Positions 24,401 to 35,680 of a DNA stretch of 64,000 nt are shown here, piece by piece. Every line of letters starts with the position of its first letter. Position 1 is the first letter of the stretch. Both the position numbers and the translations under genes were made by a program. Under the pieces are notes generated by a model. The model searched no databases. It was not told the DNA's origin and was given only the letters and a program-made list of their open reading frames with translations. Source of the DNA: Macrostomum hystrix (lineage: Eukaryota; Animalia; Platyhelminthes). Location: NCBI GenBank assembly GCA_950097015.1, contig CATNEN010000003.1:11408001-11472000 (forward strand), written 5' to 3'.

Positions 24401-26366
24401 TCTAGATGACTGTCTAGACAATCAGTGATTAAGAGTAGATCTAGATGACTGTCTAGACAATCAGTGATTAAGAGTAGATCTAGATGACTGTCCAGACAAT
24501 CAGTGATTAAGAGTAGATCTAGATGACTGTCTAGACAATCAGTGATTAAGAGTGGATCTTGATGACTGTCTAGACATTCTGATGCTTAAGATGTATCTAG
24601 AAAAGCTGACATATTAATGGCTTTAGGACGATTATATAATATAGTTTTCTTTTAAAATTGATTTATTATACAGCGCCAGCGAAAATCTGTGAAAAGGACG
24701 GCCGGTCTCCAGGCCAGCTATTGTTCTTTGATCGACTGGCTTTGCAATCTTCATCGTCGTCAGCTGCCGCCGCAGCTCCGGTCTCTTCAACTGCCGACGT
24801 GCTGACTTGCAATTTCGATTCCGGCATTATACGCTGTCTGTGGCACGCGAAAATCAATCAGTTATTATTGAGCACGGCGGATGGTCGAGTACTAATTTTA
24901 TTTGACGACAAGCGCAGCGTCAATGGCGCCAAATTGTGCTCAGCTAAGCCGGCTAAGCGCAGCTTAGACCAGGACGCCCTAGCTTATAGAGGCGGCTACG
25001 TTCGGGAGAGCCTGTTAACATACGACGAGGAGACTATGCGAGAGGTATGTGGCTCTTGTTTTGTGGTTTTAATTAAATCATGTATAAAAATATAGAAATA
25101 GTTATTTTTAATTGATTCTAACTGTCCGATTGGACAGGTGCATTTGAAGGCTGCGTACAGTCCATGGAAGGTTCAGTCCATGGACTGGTGGGACGCCACA
25201 CCCACCCTTAACAGCTGCGTGAACTGAGGCAATGTAGAGTTAAGTGTCTCTCCAAAAAGACACAAATGGTTCTATTCGAGCCAAGAATCGAACACCTGAC
25301 CTTCAAGTCGTCAGTCGTACGATCTAACCACTAGGCTACAAAAAGACTAGATAGATAGGTAACCTGAGGATATATTGGTAGGTTGTCGGTAGGTAAATAA
25401 GTATAAATAGGTCGATTGGTAATAATGATAGTTGTTGGAGAGGCTGCCGGCAGTGACACATCACTTAGAAACTAATCTACCGTATCGGAGGATGAGTGGT
25501 AGAGCATCTAACGCGTTTGCCTCACGCCACAATGTCCCTGAGCTCGATTCCGCGGCGAGGCCACATTCATTGGGGCGCAGCCGCGGAGAGAAGGCTTGGG
25601 GGCTTGTCGTGGAATTTACACCATTTAGGGCCAACGTCTACGGCACAGTGAAAATGTAGGACAATGAGAAAGTCAGGGTAGAATAGTAGGTGAACACACC
25701 TGTGTGAGCGTATGTCTGCGTACTGTCCCTGTGTGCGTGTGTGCTCAGGAGTCAGCGAAATCGGATGATTTGTCACTAAGTACGCAGGTGCTTAGGGAGA
25801 TTTAGATCACTGATCAGGCTTAAATTATACTAGTATAAAAAGTAAGGTTTAGGTGTATTTCTACAATGTATAGAATATTTTAGGAGATGAAGAAAAAAGT
25901 GGTTATTTGAAATAATGTAGGTATAGTGCAATCTTGAAATCGAACCAATTTGTCTCTCTCCGCCCACGCAACGCAGGTTCGGCAAGGCAAGCGCAAATCG
26001 AAATTCTACGAATTAGAATCTGGCAACTCGGCTAGAGGTCAGCGCAAAGTCTACCAGGCTGAGGCGCCGCTGAGCGGTCCTGGCTTCGGTGGCAAGCTGG
26101 GACAGAAGGGCGCCACCCTGCATCAGTACATGCTACAGCAAATGGTTAAGAAGCGCGGCGACGATCCAGCAGAGAAGGACATTCGCGGCGCAATCTTGCG
26201 TCACAATGATGAGGCCCAACGCAATCCAATGTGGACCGGGGTCTACGCCAAGACCCAGCCGGTGCCAGTCTTTCAAGACGCAACTGACGATCAACGCGAT
26301 GAGCCGCAGGACAATGTTCTTGGTGGATCGTCCGCTGAAGAAGCCAAGAAGCGTAGATTGGAATAA
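15446..26366 (+). CDS. WDR70: WD repeat-containing protein 70 (gastrulation defective 1 homologue), 6 exons
   Basis: Exons 15446..15708, 15805..16171, 16541..17161, 17796..18186, 24674..25044 and 25977..26366; all GT-AG with consistent phase. N-terminal MGFASFGK, WD40 repeats (VTGGSDFSVRYWNFAGMD, GHTHALLGACWHP, SRSMDDTLKLWDIR) and C-terminal DIRGAILRH...YAKTQP typical of WDR70. Confidence 0.92.
16290..16410. repeat. Short CT-rich tandem repeat (~16 bp) in WDR70 intron 2
   Basis: TCTCATCTCTCCCGTG-like units. Confidence 0.75.
17250..17760. repeat. Minisatellite, 18-bp unit, WDR70 intron 3
   Basis: Repeats of GGTTGTCAGGTAGTCACA. Confidence 0.92.
19322..24580. repeat. 5.3-kb satellite, 39-bp unit, WDR70 intron 4
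   Basis: Unit AATCAGTGATTAAGAGTAGATCTAGATGACTGTCTAGAC, roughly 135 copies. Confidence 0.98.
25137..25341 (-). mobile_element. tRNA-derived SINE family A, internally deleted copy
   Basis: Minus strand TAGCCTAGTGGTTAGA (A box) ... GTTCGATTC (B box); body matches the copies at 26616 and 43872. Confidence 0.8.
25487..25780 (+). mobile_element. tRNA-derived SINE family B
   Basis: ~290 bp highly similar to 57660..57945; A-box-like TGGTAGAGC and B-box-like GCTCGATTCC. Confidence 0.75.
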
Positions 26367-26615
26367 GAACAGAACAGCAAGACAGAAACAGGAAATTTAA
26401 ATTACAGCATTTTTGTCTGCATTGTATAGTGTCCAAACAATAAATTATAATAAATAACTCTGTTGCTTATTGTCAAATAAACTTGATTAGAAATTAAGCA
26501 ATGCACTTTTCAGCGTAAACATTTTTTAGAAGTAAATTTTATTTTGATATTTTGTCCTTGTGCAAAGAGGCTGTGAAATGGAGTTCAGAAATAGCTTCAA
26601 TAAATCAAAGTTTCA

Positions 26616-26940
26616 AGCCTAGTGGTTAGAGCGTCGGACTCGCGACTTGAAGGTCGGGGTTCGATTCCCAACTCCACTTGTTCAATTTCTGTCCATTAGC
26701 GAGATACTCAAATCTGCATTGCTTCAGTTCACCCGGCTGGTAAATTGGGCACCAGCATTAGCTGGGATAATTGAGGGTGGGTGTGTGTGGCGTTTCCCCC
26801 CAGTCCATGGACTGAATAGCTGTACGCAGCCTTCAGATGCGCCGCGCAATAGCTGCGGCTGTGCTGTGGGCTGCGCACTTGGCCCAATGCGGACAGGTAG
26901 GTGTTGCGGGCAAGCTTTGCAAGCCTGTGTCACCTGGCCT
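26616..26940 (+). mobile_element. tRNA-derived SINE family A
   Basis: AGCCTAGTGGTTAGAGCG...GGTTCGATTCC head followed by the shared body TGCATTGCTTCAGTTCACCC...CAGTCCATGGACTG...CAGCCTTCAGATGC. Confidence 0.85.
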
Positions 26941-27014
26941 AATTTCTTTATTTACTAATCCCAATTTTTATTTTCAGATATAAAAAATAAAAAAACTGAA
27001 AAGTCGCGCGCACA

Positions 27015-27095
27015 ATGTCTGATCAGAATCTGCAGGGCTCCGTTCAGTATGGCAGGCCGGCTCAGGTTCCATTCGGCAGCATTGTGGCCGGTTCT

Positions 27096-27129
<34 letters not shown>

Positions 27130-30100
27130 TTCGCCAGAGACAATCGGGTGGCACAGCGGCTTCAACTACCAGCGGTGCTTCTGGTCGATCTAGACCAAGC
27201 GATTATGGCTCATTGCGCGGCGCTGGCTACGTGGCTTCGCATCAGGCTAGATTAAGAATCGAATCCGATGTTGATTCTGTTAGTTATGCGCCTGTCGATA
27301 GCATAGCCGAGGTAATTTATTGAACTGGGAGAGGCGATATGTATAGAAAAATAGATAATCGATCCGATATGTTTCGAAAATTACATTTTTTAGAATTAAG
27401 ATATTAAAATGTTTTGGAATTTAAACGTAAAAATCAAAATGGTGGCTCCAATTCTCTATTTAGTTTATTTGAGTCGTATCTACATACATTGCTAATTTTG
27501 TCTGTAAAATGATCCTATTTTGATAGCGGTTGGAGCGTCGGACTCACGAGTCAGGAGTTCGATTTCCGACTCCACTAAAACAATTTTTGTCCTTAGCGAA
27601 ACACTTTAGTCTGCATTTTTCATTTAGCCCAGCTTTTAAATGGATAGCGGCAATGTCTGGGGTAATTAGGGGTGGGTGTTGCTTACCAGTAGTCTATTGA
27701 CTAAACAGCCGTACGCAGCCTTTAATTGCGCTGAGCAGCAGCTGCTTCTATACTTTCGGCTATAATAAACTACTATTATTACTATTGTAACATGTTGTAA
27801 TTGCAATCCTGGCAGCGGCCGTATCTTTTAACTATTTCGTTTGTTCAAAATGTATAGAAATAAAAAAATTTTAACTGCCGATATGTATCGAAAAACACGT
27901 TTTTTTCTCATATAAAAAACAATAGGTCTCTGAGCGACAGCGCCTATTGGACACCTCGGGCGAGTGGTACTTCGAGTCCCAGCACGCTGTTAGCGGAGAA
28001 GAACTGCTCAGCGCCAAATTCGAGTCGCTAGATTATGACACCTGCGAGAACACACTGTGGGCAGCCGAGGATCAGTCTCGCACTGTATGGGATCTGCGTC
28101 GTATTGAAATCTGTCGCTGGCTAGTTCACCTATTAATTGGCATTGCCACCGGGGCGATCGCCTTCTTCATTGATTTATGCATTGAACAACTGGCCAAAGT
28201 GAAATATCGCTACGTTAAGACACTGTTAGATCGGTGCATTTTTCACGACTGCCTAATCTATGCACTGCTACTGTGGATCGCCTTCAACTTTGTTTTCGTA
28301 TTCATTGCCAGCTGTTTGACTGTGTTTGGCGAGCCTGTGGCTGCTGGTAGCGGCATACCGCAAATCAAATGCTACCTGAATGGCATTCAGGTTTGTGGCC
28401 TACAGTTTATTTTTGAAAGCTGATATTTTCAAGCTAGTAAATCTTCAGATTCTCAGCCAATAAAAACCTCATGAAGGTTCAGATTCTCAGGTTATAAAAA
28501 CCTCATGAAGGTTCAGATTCTCAGGCTATAAAAACCTCATGAAGGTTCAGATTCTCAGGCTATAAAATACCTCATGAAGGTTCAGATTCTCAGGCAATAA
28601 AAACCTCATGAAGGTTCAGATTTTCATGCAATAAATACCTCATGAAGATTCAGATTCTCAGGCTATAAAATACCTCATGAAGGTTCAGATTCTCAGGCTA
28701 TAAAATACCTCATGAAAGTCAGATTCTCAGGCTATAAAATACCTCATGAAGGTTCAGATTCTCAGGCAATAAAAACCTCATGAAGGTTCAGATTCTCAGG
28801 CTATAAAATACGTCATGAAGGTTCAGATTCTCAGGCTATAAAATACCTCATGAAGGTTCAGATTTTCATGCAATAAATTCCTCATGAAGATTCAGATTCT
28901 CAGGCTATAAAATACCTCATGAAGGTTCAGATTCTCAGGCAATAAAAACCTCATGAAGGTTCAGATTTTCATGCAATAAATACCTCATGAAGATTCAGAT
29001 TCTCAGGCTATAAAATACCTCATGAAGGTTCAGATTCTCAGGCTATAAAATACCTCATGAAGGTTCAGATTCTCAGGCTATAAAAACCTCATGAAGGTTC
29101 AGATTCTCAGGTTATAAAACCTCACGAAGGTTCAGATTCTCAGTCTGAAAAAATTAGCTATAAAATGTAAATTTGATTCCATTCTGCCATTACCTCCAGG
29201 TGCCCAGAGTTGTTCGCCTTCGCACTTTAATCTGCAAAGTGATGGGAGTTGCATTTTCAGTTGTCGGCGGCCTAGCCGTTGGCAAGGAGGGCCCAATGAT
29301 TCACTCCGGCAGCGTTGTCGGTGCCGGCCTCAGTCAGGGTCGAGCAGCGTCCTTCAAATTCGATCTGGGCATATTTGAATACTTTCGCACCGACGCCGAG
29401 AAGCGCGACTTTGTCAGCGGCGGAGCGGCCGCCGGAGTGGCCGCGGCATTCGGCGCTCCAATCGGCGGTGTTCTATTCGCCCTGGAGGAGGGCGCCAGCT
29501 TCTGGAATCAGGGCCTAACTTGGCGCATTTTCTTCTCGTCGATGACTTCTTCATTTACGTTGGCCTTCCTATTGGGCTTCTATCGCGGCGTGCCGTTCGA
29601 TTTGAGCAATCCTGGCCTAATTAGTTTCGGCAAATTTGATAAACTAGATTACGATCCGTTACACCTGGCCATATTCGCCTGCATGGGCGTTGTTGGCGGC
29701 CTATCTGGCGCTCTGTTTAACACGCTGAACGAGCATCTGACTAAATTCAGGCACCGCTATGTGACTAGTAGGCTGGGCCAGCTAACTGAAGCAGTTCTAG
29801 TGGCGTCAATCACAGCCGTGACTAGTTTCACTCTGATCTACACTGTGCGCACTTGTCAACCGTTGGGCTCCGATCAGATGGAATTTCCGGTGCAAATGTA
29901 CTGCCCGGATGGCAAATTCAGTTCCATGGCTGCGCTGCTATTCCAGACGCCAGAGGCTGCTGTTAGGTCTTTGTTTCACGATCCGGTTGGAACTTATTCT
30001 GTCACTGGCCTGTTAGCATTCTGCCTGCCCTACCTCATCATAGCAACCTGGACCTACGGTGTTATGGTTCCCAGCGGCCTGTTCATACCCAGCTTATTGA

Positions 30101-33100
30101 TTGGCGCCGCCTGGGGTCGCGGAGTTGGCATCGGATTAAATCTATTCTTCCCGACTCATTTCACTGATCCTGGAAAATTTGCTCTGATCGGAGCTGCTGC
30201 ACAGCTAGGCGGCATTGTGCGCATGACCATCTCATTGTCCGTTATCCTGATTGAAGCTACTGGCAATGTACTATTCGGCTTGCCAATTATGGTTGTACTG
30301 CTAGTTGCTAAATGGGTTGGCGATTTTTTTGGTCCGGGTATCTACGATCTGCATATTGAATTGGCTTCTGTACCGATTTTGCCATGGGAACCGCCTAGGC
30401 GCTCTGGCAGCGTATCAGCTCAGGCTGTCATGTCTTCTCCGGTCACTTGTCTGTATAGACAGGAGAGGGTTAGCAGGATCATTGAGGTGAGTAGTCGTAC
30501 AGTTCAGTTTTCTTCGTTTATTTGCTTCGCTTCTTTCACTCTTCCCGATTTCAAAAGAATAATTTATTGTCTGTCGTTCTACAGATTTCAGCCATTTTTA
30601 TTCCTTTTCTGTATCTTTTACTGATATCTTGTCATTTCACAGATCTTTTCTGTCATTTTTACAGATCCCTTCTGTCATTCACAGATCTCTTCTGTCATTT
30701 ACAGATCTTTTCTGTCATTTACAGATCTCCTTTTGTCATTTTACAGATCCCTTCTGTCATTTTACAGATCCTTCGGTCATTTTACAAATCCCTTCGTCAT
30801 TTTACAGATCCCTTCTGTCATTTACAGATCCCTTCTGTCATTTACAGATCTCCTTTTGTCATTTTACAGATCTCTTCTGTCATTTTACAGATCCCTTCGG
30901 TCATTTTACAGATCCCTTCGTCATTTTACAGATCCCTTCTGTCATTTACAGATCCCTTCTGTCATTTACAGATCCATTCTGTCATTTACAGATCCCTTCT
31001 GTCATTTACAGATCCATTCTGTCATTTACAGATCCCTTCTGTCATTTACAGATCCCTTCTGTCATTTACAGATCTCCTTTTGTCATTTTACAGATCCCTT
31101 CTGTCATTTTACAGATCTCTTCTGTCATTTTTACTGATCTCTTCTGTCATTTTACAGATCTCTTGTCATTTTTACTGATCTCTTCTGTCATTTTTACTGA
31201 TCTCTTCTGTCATTTTTACTGATCTCTTCTGTCATTTTACAGATCTCTTGTCATTTTTACTGATCTCTTGTCATTTTTACTGATCTCTTCTGTCATTTTA
31301 CAGATCTCTTGTCATTTTTACTGATCTTTTGTCATTTTTACTGATCTCTTGTCATTTTTACTGATCTCTTCTGTCATTTTACAGATCTCTTGTCATTTCA
31401 CATATCTTCTTTCATTTTTAGTTTTTTCTGTAATTTTTAATTACCTTTTCTGTCATTTTACCTCTCTAATATTGTCACATTTAATACTTATCTTTGTTTC
31501 CTTGTGTGTATTTTCTATCTCGGCAATTTCTTTATCATCTCTTTAGATTATCTCAACTTTTCAGATAATCTGTTACAAAAATCAGAACTTATCCGTGTTT
31601 TATTAATTATTCTTTCAATTTTATCTATAATATATTATATTTTCTGATTATTCTAATCGCTATATATCGCGTGATATAATAAATGTATACAATATACAAT
31701 AGTGTTTACAACTTCATCCAGTCTTTCTTAATATCAATCATTTTCTTTGTACTAATAACATTTTTTCCATATCCTTTGTTCTTAGTTCTGTCCGATCCAT
31801 ATTGCATGACCAAACTAACCTGGGCGAGGTCAGATAAAAAACACTAAACGGAAAATAATGTCATAATATCAATTCGGGTATTGGCTTTAACTTTATGCTA
31901 CGGGACAAAAAACAGGACAAAAATAATCTTAGTCGTCTTATTTATGTACCTATAATATTTAATAGCTTAAATCTACAGTAGATCTACAGACCACATTTGG
32001 GGAGATCTACAGACAGCATTAGGGGAGATCTGCAGACTGAATTAGGCGAGATCTGCAGACTGAATTAGGCGAGATCTACAGACTGAATTAGGCGAGATCT
32101 ACAGACAGCATTAGGGGAGATCTACAGACAGCATTAGGGGAGATCTGCAGACTGAATTAGGCGAGATCTACAGACTGAATTAGGCGAGATCTACAGACTG
32201 AATTTGGGGAGATCTGCAGACAGAATTAAGGGAGATCTACAGACTGAATTAGGGGAGATCTACAGACTGAATTAGGGGAGATCTACAGACAGAATTAAGG
32301 GAGATCTACAGACGGCATTGGGGAAGATCTGCAGACTGAATTAGGGGAGATCTACAGACTGAATTAGGGGAGATCTACAGACTGAATTAGGGGAGATCTA
32401 CAGACTGAATTAGGGGAGATCTACAGACTGAATTAAGGGAGATCTACAGACTGAATTAGGGGAGATCTACAGACTGAATTAGGGGAGATCTACAGACTGA
32501 ATTAGGGGAGATCTACAGACTGAATTAAGGGAGATCTGCAGACTGAATTAGGCGAGATCTACAGACTGAATTTGGGGAGATCTGCAGACTGAATTAGGGG
32601 AGATCTACAGACTGAATTAGGGGAGATCTACAGACAGCATTATGGAAGATCTGCAGACAGAATTAAGGGAGATCTATAGACGGCATTGGGGAAGATCTAC
32701 AGACTGAATTAGGGGAGATCTACAGACTGAATTAGGGGAGATCTACAGACAGCATTAGGGGAGATCTACAGACGGCATTGGGGAAGATCTAATGACTGAA
32801 TTAGGGAAAAACTATAGACAGCAATGGGGGGATCTGCAGACTGGATTAAGGGAGATCTACAGACGGCATTGGGGGAAATCTACAGACGGCATTAGTTGAA
32901 ATCTACAGACGGCTTAGGGGAGATTTTAAGACGGCATAATGGAGGGGAGATCCACTCATAGGCTCATAGTCCATAGATCTATGGATCAATAGACTGCCTT
33001 GAAATACATCTATAGACTTCATTGGTCGGATATCTACAGACTGCATCGGGAGAGATCTACAGATCTGTAGTAATATTAGAAATCTAGAGACAAGATAATG

Positions 33101-33654
33101 GACAAAACAAGTTAGAACGGGGAAATCTTCGACTTGTTTGCCAGTTAACTAAAAATGGTGTTAAATCTCACCGCCTCTCTCCCCAGATACTACGCCGGGA
33201 GCCTCACAATGGCTTTCCTGTGGTGAGCGGCGACGCCGGCCCTGGCACATTCGGCACCTTCGAAGGTCTGGTAACTAGGAACCAGCTGATCTGCGTATTG
33301 GATATGCGCCTATTCGATGACGGCGATCCGAATTTTCACATCGCTAATCCGGTTAGCCAGTCTGATTTTCGTCGAGTCTATCCTAGATTTCCGTCAATCA
33401 GGCAGCTAGAAGTTGACGAGGCCGATCTATTGAAATCTGTCGATCTCAGCCGCTACATGAATCCCGCGCCGTACATGGTGCTGCACACTTGCTCTCTCGC
33501 TAGAATATTTCGCTTATTCCGCGGCCTCGGCTTGCGTCATCTGGTTGTGATCGATCATAGCAATCAGGTGGTTGGCATGGTAACGCGCAAAGATTTAGCC
33601 AGATTTCGAGCTACTAGCACTGGCGACCTGAAAGAGTTGCAATTCACTGGCTAG
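27015..33654 (+). CDS. CLCN7: H(+)/Cl(-) exchange transporter 7 (ClC-7), 4 exons
   Basis: Exons 27015..27311, 27926..28390, 29200..30486 and 33187..33654. CLC motifs GSGIP, GKEGP, LEEG and PSGLFIP; ClC-7-type SQGR...[15 protein letters not shown]; C-terminal CBS pair ([18 protein letters not shown]); N-terminal acidic dileucine sorting motif ERQRLL. Confidence 0.95.
27525..27760 (+). mobile_element. SINE family A, degenerate copy in CLCN7 intron 1
   Basis: GAGCGTCGGACTCACGA...GTTCGATTTCCGACTCCAC...CGTACGCAGCC, colinear with the other copies. Confidence 0.7.
28440..29145. repeat. Minisatellite, ~34-35-bp unit, CLCN7 intron 2
   Basis: Repeats of ATAAAATACCTCATGAAGGTTCAGATTCTCAGGCT. Confidence 0.93.
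30620..31400. repeat. Minisatellite, 20-21-bp unit, CLCN7 intron 3
   Basis: Repeats of TTTACAGATCCCTTCTGTCA. Confidence 0.93.
31978..32930. repeat. Minisatellite, 23-bp unit, CLCN7 intron 3
   Basis: Repeats of AGATCTACAGACTGAATTAGGGG. Confidence 0.93.
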
Positions 33655-33755
33655 GTTCATTGTGAGTTTGAGCACGTCTCTGACTCTATTTTTTTCGGGG
33701 CTGTTGTTCACGATTTAAATACACACTTTAGACTGAACTGGGCAATATCATCTAA

Positions 33756-33947
33756 GGGTTGTAGCCTAGTGGTTAGAGTGTCGAACTCGCGACTTGGAGG
33801 TCGGGGGTTCGATTCCCGACTATACTGGAACATTTTTTAAACTCTGCATTGCTTCAGTTAACTCAGCTGTTAAAAGGGTACCAGCTTCAGCTGGGGGGGA
33901 GGGTAATTGAGGGTGGATGTGGCGTCCCCCAGTCCATGGACTGAACT
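33756..33947 (+). mobile_element. SINE family A, 3'-truncated, ~100 bp after the CLCN7 stop
   Basis: GGGTTGTAGCCTAGTGGTTAGAG...GGTTCGATTCCCG plus the shared body. Confidence 0.85.
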
Positions 33948-35144
33948 GAACTGTACATCTAGCCCAACTGGTTTAAGGTGTCATTTCTAGTATTTAGGGT
34001 TAGAACATTTATAAAGTGTGTATTAAATCCAAAATATGGTATTCCAGTATGCAGTATTTTTACTTGAATAAATTTCAGTAATTCGTATTTTGTTTAAAAT
34101 TTGTACCTTATTTCTAGTACTAATTATCCGTTCTTTACCTTGAAATATTCAGCGGCAATCTAAATTTATCGGGGATTTTTGTACCGATTTTTGAAGAGGC
34201 TTGTAATTTATATTTTTTACGGTCTACCGATTGCTCACGCCCGCTTGATTATTGGGATTCAATCTCTGATGTGTAAGAATATCATATTTCCCTTGTTTTA
34301 TCTCTAGGCTACATTGTGTGTACTGTAGATTTCGTATCAGAGTCTATTTGTACAGTACTACTCGACGCTTTCCTTTGCGTTGCTACACAAATGGATTTAT
34401 TTTTATTCGTTTCTTTTCGATAGCTTAGGGCGTTACCGTCGTAATAAGTGAGAGAAAAATTACTATTTTAAGTCTCTAAAATATTTTTGCGCAATCCGAT
34501 ATGTTTTGAAAATTTCAACGCTAATTTTGCCGGCTCCCATTGCCGATATGTATCGAAACTTAGTTTTTGACTCGTGTTTTTAATCACTTTAATAATTGGT
34601 TTTTTGTTTATTTCTTCTACTGCTTTATGATGTGTTGCGAAAAGTAAAATTAACCCACCACAAGCCGCAAATGATGAGATTATTTTTAATATCCTTGACA
34701 TGGACTTTAGGAGTTACTAAATCAGGATGTATATAAAAAATAATTACATTAGAACCTCATTAGGCATCAATTAAGCGAATGAACTCTTTTTAACTTGGAA
34801 ATTTTTATGTATATAAAAATGAATTTTTTAATCTCTTTCAAATCTCAGTTTTCATGCAATTTTTTTCGCAATACTGTCTTTGTGTGAATTGTAATTAAAT
34901 ATAATATTTTCATACTTCGTGTGATTTTTAAGCGGCGTTCACGATACTCGCATTAATTTGTTGCATAATTTTATAGATAATTAAGGTGGCTCGCATGTGC
35001 CAATGCTAAGATTATTTTCAAAGCGAATCAAACTGGTGCTTTCTTGTACTTCTTTTAATAAATAAAACAATTAGTTAGGCCACGTAGCTGGTACTCGCAA
35101 AAATCCTTAATGCAAGTTAGAATAAATGGCTCTTGGGTGTCGTA

Positions 35145-35540
35145 GGTAGAATCGTAGTTGGAATCGAACGAAGGAATCGTAGCTAGAATCGAAGAAAGGA
35201 GTCGTAGCTGGAATCGAATGAAGCAATCGTAGCCAGAATTAAAGAAAGGAATCGTAGCTAGAATCGAAGAAAAGAATCGTAGCTAGAATCGAAAGGAGGA
35301 ATCCTAACTAAAATAGAAAGAAAGAATCGTAGCCAGAATCGAAGAAAGGAATCGTAGCTAGAATAGAAAGAAAGAATCGTAGCCAGAATCGAAGCAAGGA
35401 ATCGTAGCTAGAATCAAAGGAAGGAATCGTAGCTAGAATAGAAGGAAATAATCGTAGCCAGAATCGAAGCAAGGAATCGTAGCTAGAATCAAAGGAAGGA
35501 ATCGTAGCTAGAATCAAAGGAAGGAATCGTAGCTGGAACA
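35145..35540. repeat. Minisatellite, ~25-bp unit
   Basis: Repeats of GAATCGTAGCTAGAATCGAAGAAAG. Confidence 0.9.
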
Positions 35541-35680
35541 AAAGTTATAATTACCTTTTATAATATTTACGAGCTAAATTTCATTGTTCATTTTTACTAC
35601 GACAGACCTTAATGCCAATTTCTTTCGTTACACTATTGTAAATTTACAAATTATAGTTTTTTATTTTCTTTTTTTTACAG

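Noticed and set aside
19322-24580. CRISPR-like array of palindromic ~39-bp repeats
   Set aside because: Units are contiguous with no unique spacers, there are no cas genes, and it lies in a eukaryotic intron.
30487-30624. C-terminal extension of the 483-aa CLC ORF
   Set aside because: Read-through into the intron past the GAG|GTGAGT donor; the real CBS domains continue at 33187.
33756-33830. tRNA genes at the SINE heads (also 26616, 44148, 57540)
   Set aside because: A and B boxes are present but the acceptor stems do not pair well and each head continues into a shared SINE body.
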